Of a stretch of DNA of 64,000 nucleotides, positions 1 through 10,200 are shown one piece after another (position 1 is the first letter of the stretch; every line of letters begins with the position of its first letter). The stretch is taken from positions 160,001 to 224,000 of the forward strand of contig CALSPG010000005.1 in the NCBI GenBank assembly GCA_943788175.1. The letters are read 5' to 3'. Below the pieces are notes generated by a model that was given only the letters and a program-made list of their open reading frames with translations, did not search any database and was not told the DNA's origin. A program made the position numbers and the translations under genes. The stretch is from an uncultured bacterium (GTDB taxonomy: Bacteria; Fidelibacterota; Marinisomatia; Marinisomatales; UBA1611).

Positions 1-29
1 TTGTTTATCATTCATTTTATTACCTCATT

Positions 30-296
30 TTATTTATCATTAATATGCTTACAGTCGATAGGGTTTCTAACGCCATCAATCTGACCTTCTTTAACTTTGA
101 CACCGTAGGCCATAATTCTAACTAAATGTTTATTCAACACGTTATAATTAAAGTCAATTTTTTGCTCAATATTATCCAGCTTTTGTATCAGCCTGGCTTG
201 TTCTGAGGAAAGAGAGGAGCTTGTTGCTCCAGATAAAATTATAATAGAGAAACAAAGAAAAAACCCTGATATAAATCCTTTTATGTATGTAGTCAT
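30..296 (-). CDS. Small hypothetical membrane/secreted protein with a short coiled coil
   Basis: ORF 30..350. The likelier start is MTTYIK at 296, with an AGGAG RBS at 304-308 on the minus strand. Hydrophobic N-terminus followed by a heptad-like stretch. Confidence 0.55.
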   Translation of the reverse strand: MTTYIKGFISGFFLCFSIIILSGATSSSLSSEQARLIQKLDNIEQKIDFNYNVLNKHLVRIMAYGVKVKEGQIDGVRNPIDCKHINDK

Positions 297-395
297 AATT
301 AATCTCCTAGTCCTAATTAGATATGAAAGATGATGAAGTATGTTCTTCATACTATCATTTTGATATTACGAACAACCATCTGTTTAAAATTATAT

Positions 396-1601
396 TTAAT
401 TTTGGATTTTATTATTTCTGTAGAGATCTAATCCGGAAGGAATAATTTGATCAAGTTTGCTTCTTGATTCTTTTAGTTCAAAACTAATTGGTAATTCTTT
501 TTCAGCCTCACTCATTGCAAAAAAAGAAAATTCAACTTTTTTCTTTTGATTTTGTTTGATGTCTCCAAGTTCAAAACTGGATTTCCCGGTATTAAATACA
601 AAGTCGCCATATAATACTGCTAGGCTTACATTTTTTGCAATTTGTTGACCATTATTTCTAATATACATTGTCGCTTGGATTACTTCTGCTGGTTCAATTA
701 GGCCATTTTTATTGTTTTGATCATTGATATTAATATCAGTTAATACTAATTCAGGAATCGTTAATGATTTTGTATTGAGCAAAACCATACTTGGTGCATA
801 AATATCATGTCCAAAAGATTCCGTTATATATGCGGAAATTGATACGGGTTCAGTCACCATCATTTCAGTTGCAAAGATTGTTGCAATTATCTTTTTTGTA
901 TCGCCAGGTATTATTTTATGAATGATTTTAAAGCCATCGATATCTAAACCGCCAGAATAGTTGTTTAAATCTAGAAAAACTTCAACTCCTTGGGCATTGC
1001 CTTCACCATTGTTTACTAGATCAATAACCAATTCAGCGCTTTTATTTGTTTCTAAAATTTTTTCGTTACCTGGGATATTTAATTGGATGGATGATATCTT
1101 CAATTGTGGAGAAAGTTTTGATTTTTTATAAGATGGATATGTAGCCTGCAAATACCTTGTTACATTTTTAAGTCTATCTTTTTTGACAAATTCATCTACT
1201 AGCCAAGTACCTGATTTGGTGGTATCATCACGAAATATAATATACCCTTTTCCATCTCGTTTGTTGTTTTTGAATTCCCCTTTAAAAATTTCGCCATTAT
1301 TGTAATTATAAGAACCTAAACCGTGTTGCATATCTCTTTTAAAACTACCGGTATATTTTTCTCCATTTTTAAAAGTATAGATTCCACTCCCTCTCTTAAC
1401 ACCCGCTTTAAACCTTCCTCTGTATATATCACCATCTGGGTGAGTCCACTCACCAAAACCATCTTTTATTCCATTTTTATATGAACCTCGATATCGTTCT
1501 CCATTTACATGCGTTCCCATCTTTTTGGATAGTTGCTGGGCTTGTGTTATATCTATTATTAAACAATAGATTGTCGAGATTATGATTATATTTTTTATCA
1601 T
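396..1601 (-). CDS. Secreted MORN-repeat protein with two CARDB/Ig-like domains
   Basis: Signal peptide, about five 'Y.G.F..G...G.G.Y...NG' MORN repeats, and two 'N.G.G.A..V.V' CARDB-like beta-sandwiches. Confidence 0.8.
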   Translation of the reverse strand: MIKNIIIISTIYCLIIDITQAQQLSKKMGTHVNGERYRGSYKNGIKDGFGEWTHPDGDIYRGRFKAGVKRGSGIYTFKNGEKYTGSFKRDMQHGLGSYNYNNGEIFKGEFKNNKRDGKGYIIFRDDTTKSGTWLVDEFVKKDRLKNVTRYLQATYPSYKKSKLSPQLKISSIQLNIPGNEKILETNKSAELVIDLVNNGEGNAQGVEVFLDLNNYSGGLDIDGFKIIHKIIPGDTKKIIATIFATEMMVTEPVSISAYITESFGHDIYAPSMVLLNTKSLTIPELVLTDININDQNNKNGLIEPAEVIQATMYIRNNGQQIAKNVSLAVLYGDFVFNTGKSSFELGDIKQNQKKKVEFSFFAMSEAEKELPISFELKESRSKLDQIIPSGLDLYRNNKIQN

Positions 1602-1628
1602 AAGGGCAATTAATTTACTACAGGGACT

Positions 1629-2828
1629 TTATGCTATGAGGTTATTTTGGTCTTTTTTATTTTCTAACGTAACTAGGGTTATTTCTGATTCTACCCCTAA
1701 CCTCATTGGAGGTCCCCAATACCCAGTCCCTCTATTCACATAAATCCATGTTCCGTTGTGATTATGAAGACCAGCAGTGTAAGGATTTGCCATTCGCACC
1801 GCATAAATAAATGGCCAGAATTGACCGCCATGAGTATGTCCAGACAATTGTAAGTCTGCTCCAGCATCATGTGCATTAAAAATACTCCAGGGTTGATGGG
1901 CCAATAATATTTTGGGCGTTTCTTTTGAAACATTCCTAAACGCTAAATGTGCATCACTTTTATGAGAGGGTTTGATTGTTTTACTTCTATAGTCTGTAAC
2001 GCCACCTAAAGATATGATTCCATTGCCTCTTTTAATAATTTCATGACTGTCTAATAAGTTTGTAAACCCTAATTGATCTGTCTTATCAAGCCACTGATCT
2101 ACGCCAGAATAGTACTCATGATTTCCAGTCACAAAAAATTTTCCAATATTAGCGCTTAAATCTTTTAGAGGTTCAACATGTTTTGCTAAATAATCAACAG
2201 AGCCATCCACCATATCACCAGTGATAGCGATTAGATCAGGATTTAACTCATTTACTTTGTTTACTACGCTTTCAACGTAACCTTTTTTAATCGTTGGCCC
2301 GACATGCAAATCAGATATTTGTGCTATTGTAAGTCCTTCCATATCTTTGTGTAAATTATTAATTGGCACATTTGTTTTCATTATAGTAGGGCCCTTTCGA
2401 GCGTTATAAAGCCCCGTCAATGTAGAAGCACTTGTCGTCGTGATAATTCCAATGCTTAACATTTTTTGAATAAACTCTCTTCTTTGAGGGTCAGAAGGTT
2501 CAGGAGTATATCCAAATATGCTTGAGTATTTTGCAGCAAAACCTAAGAGTATATAAATAAGATCTTTTGTAATGACTGCCATGAATGTTAGCGCAAAAAA
2601 TCCTAAACTAATATAACCAGCCCAAGAAAACCAATCTACAAACTCTTCCTCATAACCTCTTGATCTTAAAATCATTGGTATAATAGGAAGGATGCCTAAA
2701 ACAACAACGAAACTCCAACTAATAATTTTTAGAGTGTTGTTAAGATTTAAATAGGGGATTATACGCAGTCCTACTACCGCATGCATAGTTACGAGTATTG
2801 TTGTTGCAAAAATAAAAAATAGTTTCAT
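1629..2828 (-). CDS. Membrane-anchored metallophosphoesterase (YkuE/calcineurin-like)
   Basis: Motifs SDLHVG, TGDMVD, GNHEYY, AHQP and GHTHGGQ, with N-terminal TM helices. Confidence 0.92.
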   Translation of the reverse strand: MKLFFIFATTILVTMHAVVGLRIIPYLNLNNTLKIISWSFVVVLGILPIIPMILRSRGYEEEFVDWFSWAGYISLGFFALTFMAVITKDLIYILLGFAAKYSSIFGYTPEPSDPQRREFIQKMLSIGIITTTSASTLTGLYNARKGPTIMKTNVPINNLHKDMEGLTIAQISDLHVGPTIKKGYVESVVNKVNELNPDLIAITGDMVDGSVDYLAKHVEPLKDLSANIGKFFVTGNHEYYSGVDQWLDKTDQLGFTNLLDSHEIIKRGNGIISLGGVTDYRSKTIKPSHKSDAHLAFRNVSKETPKILLAHQPWSIFNAHDAGADLQLSGHTHGGQFWPFIYAVRMANPYTAGLHNHNGTWIYVNRGTGYWGPPMRLGVESEITLVTLENKKDQNNLIA

Positions 2829-2918
2829 TTTAAATGTTTATTTAGGTTAATAAAGGCATAGAATTTAATTCTACTCTGCTAAAAAGTATAAGTATCTATT
2901 TTTTTAGAAGGAGGAAAT

Positions 2919-3290
2919 CTATTTGTTGAAAGTCGGTTGTTTTAGAATAAAGGAAGTACCAATCATACCACATACTACTATGATTATTTTCACCCAAGGA
3001 GCCGCGGTGTAAAGAAAAATGACTACAGAAATTGAAATGAAAAACCACATCATTGATATTGAAAAGTATTTAGCTTTTTTAGGCATTCCCTTTCCTTCTC
3101 TAAATCTCATTACACTTTCACCAAAAAGAGGGTGCCTGACTACCCAGTTGTACATCCTTGTAGAACTATGAAAAAAGCAAGCCGCAGCTATAATCATAAA
3201 TATAGTTGTAGGAAGACCGGGGACAACAATTCCAACAAGCCCAAAACCTGTAAAAAGGATACCTGCTGAGAAATATGCTATTTTTATCAC
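2919..3290 (-). CDS. ybaN: YbaN family (DUF454) inner membrane protein
   Basis: Signature 'GLVGIVVPGLPTTIFMIIAAACF..SS.R...W...HPLFG...GMPKKAK'; GTG start. Confidence 0.88.
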   Translation of the reverse strand: MIKIAYFSAGILFTGFGLVGIVVPGLPTTIFMIIAAACFFHSSTRMYNWVVRHPLFGESVMRFREGKGMPKKAKYFSISMMWFFISISVVIFLYTAAPWVKIIIVVCGMIGTSFILKQPTFNK

Positions 3291-3348
3291 GAAATGGGCT
3301 TTTTTATATGCAAAATTGTTTACGAGATGGAATCAAAATTAATATATT

Positions 3349-3879
3349 TTAAAGACTATTATATTTGAATGATATTACACCACCAACATATTCTACAAAC
3401 TGTATTTTGTATGTTGTGTGGTTTACCGGTTCATAAAAAACAAAAACTCTCTCTGGGTTACTAATCGAGACAGTGTGGCTTTGCATATCATACTGTAGAA
3501 CCTCATTTGTCCCGCCATATTGTACCACTGTTGAATCCTGAAAATAATCTGCCATAAACGTAGCTGGCGAAGACTCTAATTCACTAAATGTCAGGTCTAA
3601 ATATTCAGCAGCATAAACACCTCCTAAAATCAAACTTGGCATCATATAAGTAGACTGCCCCATGGAAACAGGAATCATTTGAAAAGAGAGATGCCATGCA
3701 GAAGATGAGTCAACTTCTGAACCAGATGACAAGTCATAGTAGAACCCGGATGCATTTAATTCATCGATGTCATTGGTGATAACATTCGTACTTGAATCAT
3801 TATTAGTATTTGAATCATTATCCTCACATCCTATGAAAATGAATCCAAGAAGAGATGTGGTTAATATTAGATATTTCAT
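3349..3879 (-). CDS. HmuY-like lipoprotein (heme-binding family)
   Basis: Start at MKYLIL (3879) with lipobox FIGC. Motifs 'FYYDLSSG..V....WHLSF', 'YDMQSHTV' and C-terminal 'VFVF...TYKIQFVEY..GVISFKY'. Lies directly downstream of a TBDR. Confidence 0.7.
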   Translation of the reverse strand: MKYLILTTSLLGFIFIGCEDNDSNTNNDSSTNVITNDIDELNASGFYYDLSSGSEVDSSSAWHLSFQMIPVSMGQSTYMMPSLILGGVYAAEYLDLTFSELESSPATFMADYFQDSTVVQYGGTNEVLQYDMQSHTVSISNPERVFVFYEPVNHTTYKIQFVEYVGGVISFKYNSL

Positions 3880-3886
3880 TGTTTTA

Positions 3887-6019
3887 TTACCTTTCGTAGT
3901 TTGTTTTAATTTCAATAAAAGCGGTTCTTCCAATGTAGGGACCATATGCTTGATTTGTATGATCTCCAATATTTTTTGAACCAAAAATAATTTGATATGA
4001 TGACGAAGCTTTGTAGATGACCTGTATATCACAGGTTAAATATGACTTGACCAATTCATCAGATGATAAATAATCACCTGTAGCAGGATTAAATTCTTGA
4101 GGATAGTATTCTCCTGTGCCTTTAAAATTCAATGCATAAATCATTTTTTGATTTCCCGGAGAATAAGATAACCGTCCTCCTAATGACAGGGGAATAGTAT
4201 TAGGGATTTGGATACCGTCTTCATCTTCGTTTTTGACGTAATTAAATGTGAGACTTGATGAAAACGCATTATTAATAACCCACTTTGAAATAACTTCGAT
4301 ACCTGTGAAATATGCTTTTTCGATATTTCTATAACTAAGTAAGCCAGGTTCAATCGCATAGTCTTTTATTAAGTTTGAAAACGTATTATTATAAATAAGT
4401 GTGCTTAATTGAAAATTTTTTCTGTTTCTATACTCAACGCCAAAAGTAAAACCTTTTGATACTTCTGGTTTGAGTTTTGAATTCCCCTGGACAGTATATC
4501 CAAATTGTAAATGTTGCCAGTCAATCAAAGACTCCATGAAAGATGGTGCCCTGAATCCATGACCATAAGCTAATCGGTATACCCAGGTATCATTGTCTTT
4601 GTAAGATAATGCTAACCTAGGACTAAATACAGTAGTGTCGCCATAGGCGTCGAATCGTAACCCGGAAATAATATTGATATCTGGCGAAAAATTCCAGGCT
4701 ACTTGATTAAAAATACCAACAACATCTTTTTTCTGAACTCCGCCCGTAATCCTATCGCTTCTATACTCCGGTTTTGAGAACTCGACCCCTCCATTATATA
4801 TAATGTTGTTGAAAGATCGATTGAATAATAATTCATATTCTGTATTATTTTCTTCTGTTTTATCTTCAGTAGATACAGAGCCATCACTATTATTTACTTT
4901 ATAGTCTCGAACATAATTAGCGTTTCTTATTGTTTGTTCAATAGAAAAATCGTCTTTTACATTCCATTTATGGTTAGCTGTTATTTGGCTCCGATCAATA
5001 TTTGTTTTGTTTGTATAAAGTATTAATCCACTTGACAGTCTCGTTGCACCTTCATCAATCTGATTATATTTTTGATGAGTGATGCGGAAATAATGGTTTG
5101 TGGCTTTCCAACTAACTTCATTGTTAAAGTTAATTTTATCAATTTGGTCAGCGCTGATGTATTCAAATTGTTGGCCTTTTAAAAAATGTTGGTAAGTCAG
5201 GTCTGTTGAAAAATCGAAATATTTTAATGGAATGCTAATACTGCTTTTTAGGATAGAATTAACGGGGTCATTACTGATTTGTTTAGGTGTTCCGCCAAAA
5301 CTGCTCGCTCTGTAGCTCGTGGATATAATGGGTGAGTCGTTTAAATCCTCAGTAATAATATTAATAACGCCACCCATTGCATCTGTACCGTAAATAGCAG
5401 ATCCGGGACCTTTTGTTATTTCTATTTTTTTTAGATTATTAGTTGAAATATGATTTAGGTCTACTCTGTTGTTGAACTGGCCTGTGATAGGTTGACCATT
5501 TTTCAAAATTAAAATGTAACGAGAATCTAAACCCAGCATATTGAATATGGCTCCGCCATCAACATTTGTAGAAGTGGAAACACCAGCACGCTGTTCTAAA
5601 AGGTCGCTAATTGTAGTTGCGCCAGATTCGCTGATTTCTTTTTTCCCAATCACTTCTGTAGCTATTGGGACATCACGAAGCAAATATCCGCTTCTTGTGC
5701 TAGTCACAACAACATCATTCATATGAATCAACGTTTCATTCATCAGGACAACTAACTCATTTTGATTATTATCAAAAACTTGATAGTAATTATCAAAAGC
5801 AATGTGACTAAACATAAGTTCTGCTATATTTTGATCGTCAAGCTCAATCGAGAACCGTCCACTGTCATCTGTGACAATGCCTCTTTCGGAGACAGAGTCA
5901 TAAATATTTACTAGAGGGATAGGGTCTTTACTCTTATTGTCAATGACAACCCCGCTTAGGACTAGCTCAGAATGAGCAAGTGAAAGTGTTAAAATAAAGA
6001 GTAAGAGCCAGTTTTTCAT
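3887..6019 (-). CDS. TonB-dependent receptor with N-terminal carboxypeptidase-regulatory-like domain, probably heme/iron (HmuR-like)
   Basis: 'DVVVTSTR' TonB-box region, plug motif 'IEITKGPGSAIYGTDAMGGVINIIT', and barrel motifs 'GFRAPSF' and 'LKPEVS'. Confidence 0.92.
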   Translation of the reverse strand: MKNWLLLFILTLSLAHSELVLSGVVIDNKSKDPIPLVNIYDSVSERGIVTDDSGRFSIELDDQNIAELMFSHIAFDNYYQVFDNNQNELVVLMNETLIHMNDVVVTSTRSGYLLRDVPIATEVIGKKEISESGATTISDLLEQRAGVSTSTNVDGGAIFNMLGLDSRYILILKNGQPITGQFNNRVDLNHISTNNLKKIEITKGPGSAIYGTDAMGGVINIITEDLNDSPIISTSYRASSFGGTPKQISNDPVNSILKSSISIPLKYFDFSTDLTYQHFLKGQQFEYISADQIDKINFNNEVSWKATNHYFRITHQKYNQIDEGATRLSSGLILYTNKTNIDRSQITANHKWNVKDDFSIEQTIRNANYVRDYKVNNSDGSVSTEDKTEENNTEYELLFNRSFNNIIYNGGVEFSKPEYRSDRITGGVQKKDVVGIFNQVAWNFSPDINIISGLRFDAYGDTTVFSPRLALSYKDNDTWVYRLAYGHGFRAPSFMESLIDWQHLQFGYTVQGNSKLKPEVSKGFTFGVEYRNRKNFQLSTLIYNNTFSNLIKDYAIEPGLLSYRNIEKAYFTGIEVISKWVINNAFSSSLTFNYVKNEDEDGIQIPNTIPLSLGGRLSYSPGNQKMIYALNFKGTGEYYPQEFNPATGDYLSSDELVKSYLTCDIQVIYKASSSYQIIFGSKNIGDHTNQAYGPYIGRTAFIEIKTNYER

Positions 6020-6030
6020 CTTGAAAGTAA

Positions 6031-6630
6031 TTAATTAGATGAATAATTAGGATCTGTTATCAGTTGATTTAAAAGTTTTTCAACGTCTTTTTCTGAAACA
6101 GGGTCTTTTTTATCACCCATGAAGACAAGACCCATAAATAAGCCGCCTAGGGCTTTAAACATTAGTTCAGGATTTATTTTGGGGAATTCCCCTTCTTTAA
6201 CGCCATCTTCAATTAAGCCTTGTATTACCCCATATAGTCTGTGTTGATATTCTTTCCATGGCTGGCTTTCTAGTTTAATGGTCTTTGGCGCGTTGAAAAG
6301 AAACTCAAAAAGCCCAGGCCTTTCTTGTGCTTTTTCTGCAATCTTAATTAGTAGCTTTATAAAAGAGTTCCTTGGACTCCCAACATCTGCAACAATAGGT
6401 TCCAATGACTCCCAAATATTTTTCCACCCATCTTCTAAAATTTCGCTGAAAACATCTTCTTTTGATTTAAAATAATAGTAAAGAGTGGCTTTGCCAAATC
6501 CAGATTTTTGGGCGATATGGTCCATGGTTGCGCCTTCTATTCCATTTGATTTAAATACTTCTAGAGCACCAGTAAGAATTCGTTGTTTTCTTGCTTCTCT
6601 TTCTTCAATTTGTCTTTGTGATGGAGCCAT
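6031..6630 (-). CDS. TetR/AcrR family transcriptional regulator
   Basis: HTH 'GATMDHIAQKSGFGKATLYYYFKSKEDVF'. Confidence 0.95.
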   Translation of the reverse strand: MAPSQRQIEEREARKQRILTGALEVFKSNGIEGATMDHIAQKSGFGKATLYYYFKSKEDVFSEILEDGWKNIWESLEPIVADVGSPRNSFIKLLIKIAEKAQERPGLFEFLFNAPKTIKLESQPWKEYQHRLYGVIQGLIEDGVKEGEFPKINPELMFKALGGLFMGLVFMGDKKDPVSEKDVEKLLNQLITDPNYSSN

Positions 6631-6653
6631 TTGCGTTTAACCTATAGTTTGTT

Positions 6654-6673
6654 TTTCGAATCATTGGTCGAAA
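6654..6673. promoter_or_regulatory. Candidate TetR operator (inverted repeat TTTCGA-N8-TCGAAA)
   Basis: tttcga atcattgg tcgaaa lies 24 bp upstream of the tetR start, in the divergent intergenic region. Confidence 0.45.
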
Positions 6674-6861
6674 TTAAGTTCTTTGATTATAATATGTCCA
6701 AACATTTTTAATGTTGCTTGAAGGTTTTTTTAATATAATGTTTTTGAACAAATCGACATCAATCATTTGATAAGCTTTCATTGCATCTCTATATTTGTAA
6801 ACAAAATTTTTACCACATACCTAGATTTCATCGCAGTCTATAATATTAATAAGGAGAAATA

Positions 6862-7245
6862 ATGAAAACTACTATACGAACATTAAGTTCTATTTTCATT
6901 GTGTTTACAATTGCTTTTGCTTCAGAAGCAAATTTAAATGAAGAAGCTAAGAGCGTTAACAATTCAAGTAGTGACAAACAAGCGGTTAATTCTGATGTTG
7001 CGCCGATTGACATCAAGTTAATCCAAGAGACTAGAATTAAAAAAGCTATCAAGGATAAGAAGTATGCTGACTCTATACACAATAAGCATCTGCAGGAAAA
7101 AAGCCCTAGTAAAACTGATATCCAGGAAAAAGATGTTTTGAGTAGTTGGGCAAAAGATATTCAATCCAAGCTGACAGTTATAAATTTAAAAAGAGAAAAT
7201 GGTAAAAAAGCTATTGAGCTTCCATCGTCTCCTAAATCAAATTAA
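6862..7245 (+). CDS. Small Lys-rich secreted protein (homolog of 24339..24746)
   Basis: AAGGAG RBS, signal peptide ending AFA, motif 'IDIKLIQETRIKKAIKDKKY'. Confidence 0.75.
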   Translation: MKTTIRTLSSIFIVFTIAFASEANLNEEAKSVNNSSSDKQAVNSDVAPIDIKLIQETRIKKAIKDKKYADSIHNKHLQEKSPSKTDIQEKDVLSSWAKDIQSKLTVINLKRENGKKAIELPSSPKSN

Positions 7246-7257
7246 TTAGGGGCGTAT

Positions 7258-10200
7258 ATGATGAATATTAAAAGAAATAATTTTTGGTCAGCGGCCAAAA
7301 CAATTGCTGCGACTTTGTTCTTTGGGCTTTCAATTGGTAATGCTCAGGGCGTTTTTATTACAGAGATTACTGATCCAAACACCAATAGTCTTGCAACAAA
7401 TGGAGGAAGATTTGTTGAGCTATACAATAACACTGATGCCGATATAGATCTCACTGGTTGGGCTCTCCGTAGATGGACAAACGAACAAATAGATCCTCAG
7501 CCATCTGACCAGGTCCTTTCAGGTTCTATTTCCGCTGGTGGTTTTTATATAATCACTAATATTGCAGAAGGTTTTGAAAGTATTTATGGTTTTGCAGCTG
7601 ATTTAGCAATTGGTTCTGGCGGTCCTGCTGACAGTAATGGCGATGATGACATAGCTCTAATCAATTTAGCTGGAGATGTTGTTGATTTTTATGGTGAAGT
7701 AAATACTAGCTCGGGGACTGATAACACAGGAACTGTTTGGGAATTTGAAGATGGCAGAGCTGAAAGATTAGCGTCAGTTAGTAGCGCTAATGCACTAGGA
7801 ATATCATCTGAATGGAATATTGATAATGATTCTGGCGGTGGAGATGGAGTCCAAGATGTTGACAATATGGATCCTGGTTCATGGATCGGGGAGCCTGTTG
7901 AAGGTAACAGCCCTCCAGTAGTAAATCTTGGGGGTGATAAATATATTTCTGCGAACGATAACGGTGATATAGTAGTAGTGCTTGATGGCTCTGCTGCGTA
8001 TGATGTAGACAATGATGAATTGTCTTATGTTTGGTCTAAAATCCCTTCTTTAGAAGGGGTGGGCGATCTTCCAGTCGTTGAATTAACTTATCCGAATGGG
8101 ACGACAGGTGTTTTCAAATTTCAATTAGCAGTGAGTGACGGGGAGTACACTGTTAAAGACACGATAGTTTTTAACCTTTTAAATTCTTATGAAGTAAAAT
8201 TCATTGTTGATATGTCAGAAGAAACCATTGATGATGATGGTGTTAAGATTACTGGCTTAGGAGATGATTCAGTACCTATGATTGATGAAAATTCTGATGG
8301 GGTTTATTCAGCGATTGTAGATTTATTTGAAGGCGATTATACCTACAACTTTAGAAATGGTTGGAGTTATGAATCTGGTGATAATCTAGGTAATTGTGCT
8401 GGCGGCCAATATGGCAATGATCGAGGTGTTTTTGTAGACCAAGATATGGTATTAGCTTCAGTATGCTGGGAATCATGCGGCCCGTGTTTTCAAGAGCCAG
8501 AAGTTCCTAGCGCAGTTACATTTATACTTGCAGATGGCGCGGATAACACGCTACCTGAAAATCAAGATTATATTACAGAGAGTGTAAAGCTTACTAGAGG
8601 CGCGAGCGGTGCTCTTTTTAACATCGCTATTGAATCCGAATATGAGCAAGGCGTTTCTCCTGAAGGAACAGTTTGGGCCATAGGTTTAACATCTGATAAT
8701 GCATTGGATAATTTTGCTTCCTATTCTAATCTGCACGATGCTGTGAATGGCGCACTTAATGGATTCTCTGAGATTGAAGGTAAAACATTTTCAATGCATG
8801 TTGCTGGCACAGACAAATATTTTGATGTCACTTTTAATTCTTGGACAAATGGCGGAAGTGGCCAAGGTGGTCCTGCAACTCGTGGCTTTAGCTATACTAG
8901 AGTTGCTGTTGAAAATAATGAGTCAGAAGGACCAAGTTTCTCGAATTATACACTCATGGTAAAAGATGCAGAGTCTTATGATGCAGAAGTAGAAGCGACA
9001 TTACCGCCATTAAACGTTGACGGGCAAGGTGTTGTAATCGAAGTTGATTTTGATACATCTGGAGATAATGTTGGTCCTTATGTTGGTGCGTTAGGTCTGT
9101 TTTGGGATGCCAACTTTAGTGGGCAACTCGATGAAGGTGATATGAACATAGCTGATGAATTATTTAGCGATGAAGAGGGAGAGGACGAAGCCACTCCAAA
9201 TAGGGAACATGATGATGAAGATGGACCTGCTGTAATTATGTTAACAGATAACAGCCCAATGGATGAAAGCGATCAGAATGGAAAAGCCGTAGTCCGTTTA
9301 AAGGGTTTAGATTTTATGGCTTTGCAAGGGGCTACTTTCTTTTTTGCTGAGCTTAATAAAGATGGTGAATTAACAGGGACAACGTTCAAAGTTGAACCGT
9401 TCAGTAGTTCGAGTACAATTTTCACTGGTGTAGCTTCAAGAAATGTTGATAATACGAACCAGCCAATCCAGGGCGTATTTGTTTCTGTTGAGAAAGTTGA
9501 TGTGGGTTTTGATGACATGATTAACACAGATTCTGAACCAATGGCTGTCGCTATGGGACTAACGGGCTCTAATGGTGTTTATAGTTTAGGTGCTTCTTCA
9601 TTAATGGCGGGTGATACTGCAGTTGTAGGAGCAGAAACCGTTCTGGATGAAAGATTGATTGTCCTAATGGAAGACCAAGAAGGTGTTGTTGGGCACAGAG
9701 CAGAGTTTATTACAGTTGAGGGTGAAAATCATATGGCTGATATTTCTGTTATTAGATCAAATACGTTAGTTCAAGGCTATGTAACAGATTCTCAAAGCAT
9801 GTCTTTTAATGGTAGCCTTCACGTTCAATTTTTCTTAGGGTCTGACGAAAATCCAATCATGATTGAAGACCATGTTGAAATTGATGAAGGTGGCATGTTT
9901 ACTTTTTGGGCAATGAATGGTGCAGAAGTTGAACTGTCTTATTATGGGATGAGTGGAAATATTAATAGAAACTTCCTCATAGAGGCTGATGACACTATGT
10001 TTAGCGATACAATTGACGCGTATGTTTTTAATTATACTCTTGATTTGACTCCGCCAAGTGAAGCAGTGATAAAAGGTAGAGCCTTTTGGGTTTCCTTAGA
10101 TTCTAGTGGGACCAACATGGACTACACTGACATCCCATTGCCTGGCATGGAGATTAAAATATATAATGAAAATGATATGCTTTTTGCGACAACAGATGCA

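Noticed and set aside
2440-2490. Twin-arginine-like 'QRREFIQK' in the metallophosphoesterase
   Set aside because: Internal RR motifs before the last TM are common in this family; not novel.
6701-6771. Further palindromes AACATT-N3-AATGTT and ATCAA-N4-TTGAT (FNR-like)
   Set aside because: Short and AT-rich, and the second has its half-sites in the reverse order of an FNR box.
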